Under the pieces are notes generated by a model. It ran no database searches. It saw only the letters and a list, made by a program, of their open reading frames with translations, and was not told the DNA's origin. A DNA stretch of 64,000 nt from Octopus bimaculoides (taxonomy: Eukaryota), in the NCBI RefSeq assembly GCF_001194135.2, contig NC_068991.1, positions 79,641,945 through 79,705,944 on the forward strand, read 5' to 3'. Positions 23,421 to 37,711 of the stretch are shown here, piece by piece (position 1 is the first letter of the stretch; the number at the start of each line of letters is the position of its first letter). A program made the translations under genes and the position numbers.

Positions 23421-26400
23421 TCAAAAGCTCGCTAGCCGAGGGGCAGGAGGTACTGCACTATACTACTAAAACAAATGACACCTCATGGTTGTTTTACCTC
23501 CATGTGAATACAATGTTATGGTACCCAAACCAGTCTATTTTTAGTGTCTTTGTTCTAATCTGTCTGTCTGACTAATCTCTCTGTTTGTCTCATGTATGTA
23601 TGAATGTATGCATGCATGTACGTATATATAATTAGTTCATCGTTCCGCGTGATAGCAAGCATTCTGAATGAATCTGATGTGATCTTGTAAGTCAATCTCT
23701 ATTGACAATGCATATTAACAAGGAGACGATGTTGGTTTGCATAACTCGGTTGTCTTTTTCACACGAATCTTGAGGTCAAATTATTTAGATACATTACAGA
23801 ACACATTCAGTAGCTTTGTTGTCTGCTTTCGCTCTTGACAGACAAGCGAATTGTAATCTGTGTGCAATTGTCATCTTGTAAACTTCTGGATGTGGTACTG
23901 ACGAGGTCTACAGTTCATCCCACAAAAGGCATCTTGTAGAATGAACTGGAAAATGTCTTCCGTTCACGAAGCTGTGTTCCCAGCAGAATACAATTATTAG
24001 ATACAAACATGTAAGCTCTTCTCACAGTTTGTGAGTGTGTGTTCGTACGCTCACACGGGTGTGTGTGTTTGTGAAACCGCCGTCATTTTATTAGTATGTG
24101 TTACAACATAAGAGAATGCGAAAATATACAAAATAACAAAACTACATTCGTTTACGTACAAATGAATGCATTTTCACAAACTTAATTTAAGAATCGTTGC
24201 AGAACATAATTATATTCAATATACTTATTCATGCGTTTGCCATTAATAACATCGTGACAAAGTTGCAATTTAAAATACAGTTAAGTATTGTCTAATAACC
24301 CTTCAGAGTCGGATGGCTACTTTTACTTGAAAGATTGATCACGAGGTTATGCTCACTCTATTAGATATCATCCATGCATAGATTAGTACGCAGCAGCAAG
24401 TTCTGTTACAGTGAAACGAGTATGTCAGCAATGCTGAATTCTCTTAGCATAACGTATTTATATATTTTATTTTTATTATTCTTTCTGAAATTATGTTTAG
24501 TTATTACAAGTCTCTGCTATAAATATCATTAACAAAATTCATATTTCAATAAATTTCTTTTAATAGATAGCTTATTATATAATGCCAGGACTATAATCTG
24601 TAAATTACATGCATACGCTTATTATTTTTAATGTTATTATGAAAGGTTTCCGATTCTTTCACGCGGTGCATAAAACAAGTCAAAGCTATAAAGTGCATAA
24701 ATCTGCTTTATTTTTAAGAAATTCACATATTTCCTTTTCATCCTTTGAAAATAGCATTATGAATAAGTGCCGGTTTATGCTCTAGCAACAACAGCAGCAA
24801 CATCACAATCAAACAGAATTAATGAACAATATAAATATCCAATATTTTGGAGTCAACAACTGAAAGACAAAACAACAGGAAGAATACGGATATAACTAAA
24901 GAGAAAGAAAGAAAAAGCAAGAAGAGAATATGAGTGTTAAATGTTTCTCATCTATTGCTTGAAGATAACATTTTTGTAGACTGTTTTTTTTTTCAGTTTA
25001 TTGACTGATAGTTTGTTATTATTTTTAAAATCTTTGGAGTAAAGAAATGATTCATAACACAGCAAAGTATAAAGAAGTCTAACACGTCAAACATTCATTA
25101 TTTAGTCGATAATTTTCTATAATATTTGAATGGCGTGTTATATAAACCATAGCACTGATATTGTAAGGTTGTATGGTATTTAATATCATTACCACGTCTA
25201 GCTACTGATTAAATTTCTTGTTTCGAAATATGACCCGATGTTCTATATTAACTGATGTTAGTTAATTATTTTTACTGATAAATAATTAATAAGAATTGAT
25301 TTTCGGTAATTAGTGTCACTTGAAAGGTAATGGTATCTGTGCACTACGGCAGGAAATGTAATTCTGGTTGAATGCTGAAAGTGTATACTCTTATCTCTCA
25401 CTAGACATATCGTTCGAATAATTCTGAGAGAGTAACTGAAGCAGAATCGTAGTGGTTTTGGAGATTATTGTCTGTCTATGGAATGCATATATTTCCCATA
25501 ACTGCATACGATAGTATCCCATTTCAATGTCATTTTCATTTATTGTTGTCGTTTGTGTACCTTTGAGCATGCAAATATGTATGCGTACGGTCACCTGCGA
25601 TAGAGAGCTGTATGTGGGTTTCGTATATTGTTAAAATTGTTATTCCTCTTTTAGTTATTTCCAACCAAACACTCTCTGTCCATTTTTTGACATAATTTAA
25701 GTATCATTAAACACTAGGCTGTTAGGAAATTCGTGGCATCTTTCCTGTTAATTTACAATATTCCTAAATCATCTGATAAAGATCCCTTAAATATAATAAA
25801 TGTAGATGCAACAAATAGGGCAGTCTCAATTCTACGATAATTCTTAAAAGCTGGATACAGTGTCACTCGTCAGAAATGATCTCCATAATCTAAGATTCTT
25901 GGATATGTTGGAATTAATTGCTTTCTGTATTGCATTTTCGGGCTTCAACCTCAATATAAATGCAGATATGGGCAAGCAATAGTAGCTATCTATTGTCTGC
26001 CAGTAACTGTGCTAAACTGTAGGAGTACAATGCGCTCCTAAGTCTTGGACGAATGAAAGGAAAATGGAAAACATTGGGTGTGAGTACAGACATTGTGAAG
26101 CATGGTTATAAGATTAAACGATCAGATCATCAGAAAATAGTCTTGCACACCTATCACCATAATCTGTTCTGCCTTGTGTGGTTATCTCGGATGATGTAGA
26201 CTCATTTATATACTACCAACAAATGGATAGCGCAATATGATAGATTATAAGAGCCAGACGAGTTTTAACCGACCTAATTTTACATCACGTGTTGATATAC
26301 GAAATGGAATGAGCAAAAATATTTTAGTTAATTAAAATTTTAAAAAACCGTTACTATAATGATTAATTCTAATCGAGGAGGTCAAGAAAACCCCGGAAGT

Positions 26401-26664
26401 AAAAGTAATTAAAAACAGAATGCAATAGAGACTGCATATGCCCCAATAGCTTGATATTTTAGATTTTCGAATTATCATGTCATGAACTACAAGTTCAAAA
26501 CATTTGTGTACATGCCATTAAACACTCTGCTGCAAAATTAAACAAAAACACATCGTATTTTCTTATTATGCTCACAATTTGGTCTGATAAAATAATTGTA
26601 AAGCATTAACAATAAAATGCCGAAAGGGATAATTTTAAAAAAGAGAGAAACAGGGAGAAGCAGT

Positions 26665-26726
<62 letters not shown>

Positions 26727-27423
26727 GATAGACAGAGAAAGACAGAGAAGGAGAGAGCATTGTTTAAAGTGATCGTTCTAAATATCAGTGTTCTAAGCTG
26801 AAGACTTCAGAAATCTATTTCTGTAAATAACGTTTAATGAATTGAATTTCTAACTTGATGTTCACTTCTTGCTGAATAATTCTGATGGCAGAAAATTGAC
26901 AAGCCAAATACTTTCAGTGTAATTTGTGAGCGTTTAATTAAGAGAGAGAGAGAGAGAGAGAGAGAAAGAGGGGGGAGAGAGAGGGAGAGAGATTGGGAGA
27001 ACGGGAGAGAGATGTACTACAGGAGTCTATCTACTTGAAGAAGAAAATATAAACGGTCTACCGCAGCTGAAACAATCACCTTAGGGTCAAGTTCATTGAT
27101 TACATGAAACGATTAAGCTTCAACCCATTATATAATATCACAAAAGTTTGAAGATTAAGTCTTTTCTTCGTATCAAACATGAGATAATTAACAACACGTC
27201 TTTTATTCATTTGAAAACTAAACGATTTGAATCTAACTCGTTCTAAATGTGGAGTATGAGGTTAGTTTGGCAACGACGTATGTAATTACGCGGTGGTGAA
27301 TTGATAAATACTAGTGCGTGATGTAGAAATACGGAAATTCTGTTAACAAGTTGGTTGGATGAGTGTTTTGCATGAGAGAAAGAGTTTGAAGTTGTGAATT
27401 GTATATGGAGATGTTATTCAAGG

Positions 27424-27428
<5 letters not shown>

Positions 27429-27505
<77 letters not shown>
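27429..27505. repeat. (TG)n microsatellite
   Basis: Perfect TG array. Confidence 0.95.
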
Positions 27506-27506
<1 letters not shown>

Positions 27507-28650
27507 TAGATTGAGAAGCAATAAATAGTGTGTGGAAACGGTTGTATTAACTGGTTTTGTGTAAAGTGGGATTCGAATTGGCGAATACTTGAAATTGATA
27601 ATGCCAATTTAACATGCATGCTTCTCATATTGACTTCGATATGATGTGATTGATTTCCCTGTGGTATGCAACAATGGTTTCTAAATAAGGATTCAAATGC
27701 ACATAATATAAGCAGGACGGTGATAAATTTCCACTTGAATCCCTTTGCGTGGTATCCTAAAGTAACATGATGTATCACAACTTGTTACCAGCCGTCTGAT
27801 GGATTGCACCGTTAATTCAAGTGTTCAAATTTGTTATGCATTGTGCAACACTATTTCGGCCGCAAAATTTCGCTATTAACCACAACCGCCAGTCCAAGGC
27901 ATTTTTCCGAGTTTAACCTAAATGGCCATACTTGTTTTCTGACATTTAGTAGGTACTAGTTTCATACGCGCTTAGTATTATATTGCTATCCTTTCATAAG
28001 TCCCAAGATTCTCTGGTGTCTGAAAAAAAATTGTTAATTTGTAAGATATATGATGCATGATCACGTATGGAAGTGTAACTTGTGTATCATTCCTAACACC
28101 CAGAACAAAGAAACAGTCAAGGAACCCACTAACAGGATAATGTAATGAGTAAGAAGTTTAACGAGAAGTAGATCGAACAGCTGAGTGCTCATCGATAAAA
28201 CTGATAAAAAACCGATAAAAAAAACCTCTCTTCATAACATAACAAAAGCAATCAAGTAAACTACATCCTCGAATTTCTGACTTAAGAGCTGGAAGCCGAA
28301 GAGCATGTCTGTGTCTGCTCACGACATCATGGCAGACGCTGATCATTGTAATCCTCATCGGCGTCAGAGATCGGCAATATCTAGTTTTGTATGATGTATG
28401 TGTTTGCTCGAATGTATGTGCATGTACACATACACACATGCATACGCACACACATAGCTAAATACACACAAATACTTTATTTATCTCCCACTGGATGGAA
28501 TGTTTTCTTTTTTCGTTGATCCTACCAATTAACGGACACGTTATACTATACATTCACCCTCCACACACACACACACGCACACATAAATATATATATACAC
28601 ACAGATAGCACATACTCAAACACACACATGCATACATACACGCACACACA

Positions 28651-28694
<44 letters not shown>

Positions 28695-28838
28695 NNNNNN
28701 NNNNNNNNNNNNNNNNNNNNNNNNNNNNNNNNNNNNNNNNNNNNNNNNNNNNNNNNNNNNTTCGTGGTAAGGCGACTTGACGTCTGTCTTTAGCATATTA
28801 GGAGTCCACTTTGGTGATCATTCCTCTTAATTTCTATG

Positions 28839-28882
<44 letters not shown>

Positions 28883-29495
28883 ATGTATATATATATATAA
28901 GTATACATATAAACAGAAAGAAAGCAAAGACAATAAATATATAGGTATTTATAGTGATAGATCAAACTTACACAGCGTATAAAAGGCACAGAAAATTAAA
29001 GGAGAAGAGGTAAGGTGTTATAAGTCCAACAGCTGTTTCTGGGGGCTCGGAGATTCATTATGATATTGGTAGATGTAGCTTACCAGAATATCAAGATCAT
29101 AATTGATGCAAATAATCATTGGTTAAATCGAACCTCCGTCATTAGGGTAGAAAAGAATTTTACAACTCAGATTATGACGCAGAGAAGTTTAAAGGTTAAA
29201 ATGTTTAAATGAGGAGGAACAACAGTTTTGGAAGAAGGAAGCTTGGTGAGAGTGTGNNNNNNNNNNTTTAAATGAGGAGGAACAATAGTTTTGGAAGAAG
29301 GAAGCTTGGTGAGAGTGTGGGGAATGTTGAGGTAGTAAAAGGAGTTAGGTGATTCAGTTTCGGAAGATGGCGGTGGGGTGGGGCTAAACTATTTGCTTAC
29401 CTTGATTCCTCTTCTAGCCATTCTTTTCCCCGCAGAATTGGTCCCTCATAAAGACATCGGAGTGTTGACTTTACATATCTGTATGTATGTATGTT

Positions 29496-29530
<35 letters not shown>

Positions 29531-31737
29531 GCATATATGTAAGTATACATATTCAATGACTCAAAATACGCTTATTTATCACGAGGGCAAGATGGCGTTT
29601 GTATTCAAATGATTTATTTATTCTATCGACTATATTGAAAATAACTCCAACTCTACACGATTTTACTTTCCATGAGGTCAAACAAAATATTTCCAGGTAA
29701 TCATTGAACTCGATCCTAAGGTTTTAGTTCCATCTTCAATGGTCCGTTAAACTTTTGAAGTAAAATAATTCGTATGTATTTTTTGCTTTCAATTTTTCTC
29801 TTATATGAGTAAATACACTCCTACATCTTTTCCACATTTCATTACTTCATATGTGAACAGTTAATCTAATGAGGTATCTTTTATGTCAAGCTAACAAAAC
29901 GAAGATTTAAATGTTGTTTTTTCCCCATGTTACGCTAAGGAGAATTATAAACTTTTCAATATGTAAACTTTATCAGAATAATGCAGACTTTTATTTAATA
30001 TGGGCTTCTTTTGTATAACATAATAAAGAAATTTATGTATTATTCCTAAGGGATAGATACTTCCTACGCTATTTTTTTTTTATATTATACTCTACAGAGT
30101 TCACTATGATAAAATGTTTTCGCATGACAAAAGATTTTATAGGTATCATAAAAACAAATTATTTCAGCTTCTGAGAATATGTTCTTTGCCTTAACACTTC
30201 TTTATTCTTCAAATCCGATTTCTTTTTTCAATAGATTTTATGCAAATATATCAAAAGAAATTCTTGCTATTATATCATATCTATCCTCAATGTAGATTTA
30301 TTTCACTGGTTATTCTACCCATAAAATACTGTTCGTGTGGTTTAAGCATTCGAATGCACCATAAACACTTATAATCTAGGTTTCGGTATTGATTTTCAAT
30401 GTAAAGTAATCATAGTTGAATATATTGCTTGTCATTTAATCTCAAGTTTTTCTCAAATTTTCATTAAAAAAAAAAATCATAAAATGAAAAATTGCTTCAA
30501 TCCTGTATAACAATTGCTTAGCTACCATTTTAGAAAATTACCGATTATCAGTGTGCTTTTTATATTATATATCTTCAAAATATAATGATTTCATATTCAT
30601 ATTTTCTTTCATTTCGAAAATAATTTAATAATAAAACTAAAATTGATGAAAAGTAAATGAAATATCTAAATGAAGCACTGGTTACAAGAATTTAAGTAAT
30701 ATTGATATCGGCGAATGTTCATAAGCCCAATATTGTACATATATCAAATTCGACTTATATTTATACGATATTTAACAGAGAAACTACTCGTATAAAAAAA
30801 AATGTCAATATTGTAATTGTCTACCGTTGCATATCACGATATATTACTAAACTGATTGTCATTTCTCATAATCAATTCGGACATCACATGGGAGACAGGA
30901 TTGAATATATTGTCTTACGTTAATATGAACATGATGACATTTATCATATCTAATTTCTCAGGAAACAGAACATAGCTCATATATTTCCATGTTACACTGA
31001 GTCGTAGAAAGATATATACTCACATATAGAAAATATATTTATAATACTACATCCACATTAAAAATCAAATGATTCATTTACAACTTACCAAAAATTGAAC
31101 ATCATACCTCTTATAACAATAATTGTTTTCTGAACAATAAATATTATCTTTACAGATGTCACATTTTCTTATTTATATCTAGACAAGGTTTCGATAAGCT
31201 TCATCATTCCAGAATGTGTATATTGCTTCAATTTGGCATAGAAATAGAAATGTTTCATTTCCTAGAAACATTTATGACAATATAAATAAATCATTATTCT
31301 TTGAATCTAGTTATATATTGTACATTTCTAAGAATAAGACAGCTAATGTTGTGTGGGAATTAGACCTGTCTTATCAAAGTGTACATTATATTTAGATATT
31401 TTCCTCTCAAAAAGATGGGGCCACTAACAAGTAAGCATGTTATTAACTACCACTAATCTCAGATAATTGTATATTTAATCGCGTATCTACTTCCGTACTT
31501 TTCCATGCATCTCAATCGATAACTAAAAGCTTAATAGATGATCTCTTCATATGTAGACTGATGCAAAGTCGAAACCAAGTTAAATGCGCGCACACACACA
31601 AGCGTACACAACTGGTATATATGTATATATACAGAGCGTAAGACAGAGAGGTTAAAATACGCATATATTCGTGTACATTTAATTAGATAATACGAGTATG
31701 TGCATAACATAAACCAGCATGTGAGTACATACACGCA

Positions 31738-31819
<82 letters not shown>

Positions 31820-31822
31820 CAC
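31738..31822. repeat. (CA)n microsatellite
   Basis: Near-perfect CA array. Confidence 0.95.
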
Positions 31823-32289
31823 ATATGTATATATGCATATCGATAGAACAAATAGAATTATATTCAAATTAAGATAAGTTATAGGTTTTTGTTACGCACA
31901 TCGTAAAGAATTACACATAATTAATAGGGCGCGTTAATTATTAGGGAATATCATTCAATTGAAATTATTAATGAATCTTCATTAAAATTGCCATAGTTTC
32001 CTGTATAAACACCGCATAATTAGTGTTCGCATTTCTAATAATCGAATTAGTAATGGTTAACGTTATATATTAGTGAAACTGTAATATTTCATATATTACA
32101 GCAGACAATGCATAATTTTCTATGTCTAGGCTAAGTTAATAGTTTAATTAATGAATCCATGTCGAAAGATATTTAATGCCAATTTTCTATCCAATCATTA
32201 GCGACACAAAAAGAATGTAATATTAAGACAACCGCTGTAGAGTTTTGTTTCCATGATACGTGCTGATGCACAATATGTTAGCCGATATC

Positions 32290-32420
32290 AGCTGAGTTCA
32301 ACTTTGTCTCTTATTCTTCCGGGGTAGGTAAAATAACACACCAGTCATATACTAGGGTCGATGTTATCAACTTACCCGCTCCCCTTAAAATTGCTGTCTT
32401 TGTGCCAAAGTTAGAATTAT
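32290..32420 (+). mobile_element. SINE family A, 3' half, degenerate
   Basis: AACTTTGTCTCTTATTCTTCCGGGGTAGGTAAAATAA...CTAGGGTCGATGTTATCAACTTACCC...GTGCCAAAGTTAGAATTATT. Confidence 0.55.
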
Positions 32421-33265
32421 TTATGCGAATGTCTACAACTCCTCCATAACAACTCTGTACTAACCCACTTTAGTACATGACATGGATTTTTTGAAGTTAG
32501 TAAAATGGTGAGGTAAAACGTATGGCAATTCCTGTCCATAGAAAACGCTGTCCTGTTCGCTGCAGGCATCGTTCTTCCGTAGTATACTGTAATCTTAATT
32601 ATACACGGCACTGTTTGGTTAACCAACAAGTGCACATGCAATTTACAGAGAGCATACTCTCTTCACTTTCGATTCAAGTAAGAATTTATCAATTGAATAT
32701 TAAAACAGCAATAATGCAGGCACCAGTATGAAACAACATTTTGTGAGAAAATTTCATATTTTATGGTCAAACTCAAACGGTATTTACTAAAGGCCCACCT
32801 TACTCTTTCTATTAAATTGATCGAAAGGGGTGGGAAGGGATTAAAACTATGTCATATCATATCCTTTTATTACCCTAATTACATCTGCCAAAGCTGAATT
32901 CTTAGAGAATTACGAACTTGATTGATTGAAAACGGTTTTGCGATGAAGTCTTAAGGAGATGAATGAGAGGAAATAATTTCTACAAAGAAACGTGCGCCAA
33001 ATTGAGTTACATGAAAGTCTTCTGGTATTTCATTATATGTCACCGAATGTTTAATCTTGATTGCTGTAAGACAAAGTAGATGACGCCACTCCTGCTGCTG
33101 CTGCTGCTTTTATAGCTAATGCTAAGGAGTTTAATCGCTATGCTGTAGATCCATCCCAGGCCTAGTGGCCTTAGAAATCGATTTCTAACGCTGCTCTTAA
33201 GTGTTTCTTTATATTAAGCTCTAGATAGATGAAAGATATTTCTCATCACAAGGGTTCAATTCCCG

Positions 33266-33480
33266 AGCTGGAAGAATTGTTAGCACGCTGGGCAAAATGC
33301 TTAGCAGCATTTTATTCGTCTCTACGTTCTGAGTTCAAATTCCGCCGTGGTCGACTTTACTTTTCATCACTTCGGGGTCGATAAAGTAAGTACTAGTCGA
33401 GCATTGTCATCAATTACATTAAGTCCTTCCCTCACATTTCAGGCCTTGTGTCTACAAGTTGAAAGGATTATTACTATTAT
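33266..33480 (+). mobile_element. SINE family A with (ATT)-like tail
   Basis: GAGCTGGAAGAATTGTTAGCACGCTGGGCAAAATGCTTAGC...TTCTGAGTTCAAATTCCGCCGTGGTCGACTTT...TTTCAGGCCTTGTGTC...GGATTATTACTATTAT. Confidence 0.8.
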
Positions 33481-33489
33481 TTAGTGTTT

Positions 33490-34583
33490 CAAAACCAAAT
33501 TATTATTTGGTCTTTCAAGTGTTCATAAAAGACAAACGTTCTGTAAGAGCTTTACGGGCATTCTATTTCAATCTCCAGCCATTTGTTTTTAATTTCGTTT
33601 CTCCTCCCAAAGCACAACCTTTACTGTTCCCACGTTCCAAATTCTTCCTATTTCAAATTTTAAGGGATTGTATTTGTTTTATTTTTCTTCCAGTTTTTTT
33701 ATGATCCTGGAATCAAACGGACAAGATGGGTCAATAAGTAAGCAACTTAACTCGTCCTTAATTATAATCGTTAAGTGAGGTCTATTATTTTCTAATTTTT
33801 CGTCCGTGTGAATAGGAAAATTCCATAAAAATTCTATATTTCTCCGACACCATTACTCTTTCGATTCGATAATTGTTCCATGTGTTTCCAGCTTCAAATC
33901 TCCAGTTTCTGGCAGTTTCCAGTGTAAAACTTTTACAAGCTGATCGTGCCTCCATTTCTTATAGTCTTCCTGTGCCAACTTGCGGCATTCTTCCACAATG
34001 TGTGCCACTGTCTCGTTCCAACTTCCAAAGACTCTACATTTTCCTGACACATTCTCTCGATATATTTTTCTCACGTTGTTTATTTTTATCGCTTGAACTT
34101 GGGCTGCTAAAATTAGGCTCTCTGCTTCTTTTTATAATTTCCCCTCCCCTTTTTTTTAAACCAAGCCCATGATTTTGTTCCACATACGTCTTCAGAGGAT
34201 CTCCAAATTTGACCATGCAGAGGTTTGTCTTCGATCTGTCTTTGTATTTAATTCCTGTCTTTTTCGCCTATTGCGCACTTGATCACCTGTTCTTTCTTCA
34301 CTTAAGTAGTTTTCTGTGCTGCTCTATAAAACATTCTACTGGGCGTTTTCTTTCCATTTGTACACATTTTGCTATGGCTATTAAGTCTCTTGCACCCTCG
34401 TACCTCCTCAAGTACATCCAGTTGGTATCAGATTTCGGATCGTGGGTTCCATACATTGTCAACAACTTTCTGGTTTTTTTCTGTCACGTTTCTTTATATC
34501 GTTTTTGGTCCAATCTATAATTGCAACTCCATATCCGGTTAAGGGTACTGTTCTTGAATTTATTGCTTTAATAACATTTTTTT
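33490..34583 (-). mobile_element. R4/Dong-clade LINE, 5'-truncated (RT thumb, zinc finger, RLE to C-terminus), pseudogenised
   Basis: NVIKAINSRTVPLTGYGVAIIDWTKNDIKKRDRK(fs)RKLLTMYGTHDPKSDTNWMYLRR...CRVFGSWNETVAHIVEECRKLAQEDYKKWRHDQLVKVLHWKL...ILWNFPIHTDEKLENNRPHLTIIIK...CLLIDPSCPFDSRI...EK*NKYNPLKFEIGRIW. Confidence 0.9.
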
Positions 34584-34616
34584 CTTTAATATTAATATTA
34601 TTATTATTATTATCAT

Positions 34617-34965
34617 TAAAACTCATAGCCTATTTTGTGCGGTATGATGGAAAATACCAGCTGCCCACAGCCAACAGACCAAGGTGAGACTTGTTTTCTG
34701 GTCATGCTTCAAGAATCCTGCGAATAAGTTTTGCAGTTCCATGCAATGCTGATTTTTGTAAGTGTTCTAGCTTCACATTTACTCTGATTCTTTTCAGCCA
34801 TGTTGGTAGTTGAGTGCTAATACTTGCAAGTGCACCAATTACTATTGGGGGCACTTCTACTCTCTTCATCGACCACAACCTTCGTATTTCCCACTTAAAA
34901 CGTCATAGTTGTTTGCTTTTTTCTTCTTTCACATCGCTCAATATTTCAGCATCTCTTTTCATATA
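34617..34965 (-). mobile_element. R4/Dong-clade LINE 3' end (RLE C-terminus plus 3' UTR) ending in an (AAT)n tract
   Basis: KWEIRRLWSMKRVEVPPIVIGALASISTQLPTWLKRIRVNVKLEHLQKSALHGTAKLIRRILEA*, then about 90 nt of UTR and AAT repeats at 34588-34616. Confidence 0.85.
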
Positions 34966-36229
34966 TATATTTTTAGAATACCACCATTGCTAGTCCTCAG
35001 AAATTAATTGAGTAGCAAGTTTATATGAATAACGGAATGTTTGAAAATATAATTAAAAAATTGATTCACAATTCCCACATCGCTAAACCCAAAACATGTC
35101 AACTGTAAGCAAAATTAGTAGTCTTTCCATAGATGTAATAATTTCGATAGTAATCAATGTGCATTAATGAAAATCAAAAGCACTTTGTAATTAGTGTTAT
35201 TATATTAAATACAATGAACCTCTTGTTAAAATGATAACAGGATGATGTAAAAATATAAGCTTAATGATGAATATTAGATTACTAAAACAGAGAGCACCAC
35301 GCGTTTTTCATTCTTCTTAGACTTCGTCAATTTTATTTTGTACCCAGATATGCATTTCTAACAGACATGTTTTTAGTACTAGACTTGAAATATCTCTAAG
35401 TTTCCATTTGAAAAGCTAATGTAATTTCACTGCAATAGAAGCAGAAAGATTTCGTAATAAATAATAGAATATTGAATAAGAAGAAAGAACATTTTTATGA
35501 TTCCCTATACGTGTCTGAAAGAACAGTAATATTTCAGACGATGTAAGCTAGAAAGTTTTCTAATGGATTTCACAGACATATATATCAATAATAAATATTC
35601 GATAGCAGTTTCTTTCTAATTTGTGCTCACATACTAACAAAGAAAACCTAAACAGAGAAGTAAAATAATTTCTATCTCCTTATTCAAAAATTTCCTTTTG
35701 CTCGAAGCAATATCAATCTTATAAATTTCAAAACAATGTTAAATGCTCGAAAGATAGCAGCAGCAGGTATACGTTAGATTCCGAATTGAGAAGTTCATGG
35801 ACCAATGGTTACGATGTTAGCCTAATGACTATAAAGTTGTGAGATCTGACGTTGATTTATTACACACTAGTTTAGTTTACTCAGTTTCAACCGCATTGTA
35901 ATGCACCCATAGTTTCGTTCAGTCTCTTCGTGGATGTTTCACAGAGTAATTGAAAGAGAGAGGCAGTTCTGGGTCTACATCTGTTCGTGGATACATACGC
36001 ACCTAAACTAAATAGCGAAGACATGTTGCATGGCATGTATTATCATGTATTACTAAGCCATTTTCACATGCAATCATAGCTGGATGGACTTTGTTATGCA
36101 TCATGTAAACAAACAAATATTTCTTCTTTTGCTAGAAGCGTCGAAAATGTGCATTCTACGAAACAAATAAGCTAATATTTTCAAAAGCAGGGTTGAGCAG
36201 CAGAGATACTGGCGGAAAAAATTGCCAGC

Positions 36230-36304
36230 AAACAGCCATGGGACTCGAAACCATATTCTTCAAACATTCCGGCTGAGTGCTTTACCATTAAGCTAAACAG
36301 CCCA
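36230..36304 (-). pseudogene. tRNA-like sequence (SINE head or tRNA pseudogene)
   Basis: GGGCTGTTTAGCTTAATGGTAAAGCACTCAGCCGGAATGTTTGAAGAATATGGTTTCGAGTCCCATGGC has a good A-box (TAGCTTAATGG) and a B-box with an extra T. The anticodon and acceptor stems do not pair cleanly. Confidence 0.5.
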
Positions 36305-36469
36305 CTGACAAATTCATCACCGGATTTACACGCTAAATACTTTAGATTTATAGAATAACCATGTATGTATAAATGTAAGCACGGAAATATTTGTTCTTAC
36401 ATTAGAAGCGTTGAAAATATGTTTTCCACGATACAAATAAGATGTTTGTTTATTGTTATGCACACATGG

Positions 36470-36563
36470 TTGATGATGATGATGATGGTGACGACGACGA
36501 CGATGATGATGATGGTGGTGGTGATGATGATGATGATGATGAAGATGATGATGACGATGATGA
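36470..36563. repeat. (GAT/GAC/GGT)n triplet repeat
   Basis: Imperfect triplet array. It produces the poly-D/M/H stretches in the ORF track. Confidence 0.9.
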
Positions 36564-37368
36564 TAATTTCTTTTATTTGCCACCAGAGCGAAGGATGAAG
36601 GAGACAATACAGAGACAGACATTAAATGTGCTAACTTATGGGGAATACGATGACAAAAAACGTAAATGTGCCGAAAGTAGTCACAGTATACACAAACTAA
36701 TCTCCGTCCAAAATGTATTTAGACTTGATAAATCGAAACAGATTGATATATCATGCGCAACCATTTCCCTACATATTCAGAGAATTTATAACTAATAACC
36801 GTGAATGAAAATTTGGCCGATACAGCAATAATACGTTGTTTAAAAAATGCTGTAGAATTGCTTCAAATTATATCCCCAAATTTATATGCAAGTGTTCTGT
36901 TTTATCATAATGTTCACTCTCGTCTATTGCAACTATACCTTGTAATTCATATGCAAGCCTATAATTCATTGTACATTTATGTTATGCTTTCAATTCTTAA
37001 TAATATTTACAAATCGTTCTTGTACAATATAATCGATATTGGCAAGATATATATGTTTCCTTTTGGAAATATTAACCAGTTTCTTAAATTTCAGTTTTAT
37101 TTTTATATTGCTCCATGTCGAAGCGTTTACAAGAGAAGCTGTGCAAAATGTTCCAGTTAGACTTAATAAGAAGCCATTGTAAATTGTTACGTCATTACAA
37201 GCGACAATTTCTTGTATTTGAAGCATCGAAATCATTCAAGATTATGGTTCATATATTCCCAGATTGGAAGACCTTGCTAACACTACTCTCTCTCTCCCTC
37301 TTTCCCTCTCTCTGTGTCTCTTTCTCTCTCACCCTGCACCCACACATATATGTGTGCAGGAGTGCGTT

Positions 37369-37415
<47 letters not shown>

Positions 37416-37711
37416 NNNNNNNNNNNNNNNNNNNNNNNNNNNNNNNNNNNNNNNNNNNNNNNNNNNNNNNNNNNNNNNNNNNNNNNNNNNNNNNNNNNNN
37501 NNNNNNNNNNNNNNNNNNNNNNNNNNNNNNNNNNNNNNNNNNNNNNNNNNNNNNNNNNNNNNNNNNNNNNNNNNNNNNNNNNNNNNNNNNNNNNNNNNNN
37601 NNNNNNNNNNNNNNNNNNNNNNNNNNNNNNNNNNNNNNNNNNNNNNNTATATATATATATATATATATATACATATATATACGTATATATAAACACACAT
37701 ATTTTTAAATG

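Noticed and set aside
23895-23965. CTGACGAG...stem...GAAA hammerhead-like motif
   Set aside because: The CAGTTCAT/ATGAACTG stem is offset 6 nt from the core, there is no G-C closing pair before GAAA, and stems I and III cannot be formed.
29015-29065. Minus-strand TAATGA...GAAACAGCTGTT resembling a Penelope-type minimal hammerhead
   Set aside because: The CUGANGA core is absent and neither stem I nor stem II pairs.
29204-29319. 53-bp direct repeat either side of a 10-N gap
   Set aside because: Copies differ by one base (C/T) and exactly flank a nominal gap, which is typical of unmerged contig ends or haplotypes.
33171-33188. Perfect 18-bp palindrome TTAGAAATCGATTTCTAA
   Set aside because: A single short AT-rich palindrome with no supporting context or repetition.
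36442-36795. 117-aa ORF with poly-Asp tract
   Set aside because: The acidic tract is a GAT/GAC microsatellite, and the remainder shows no recognisable domain.
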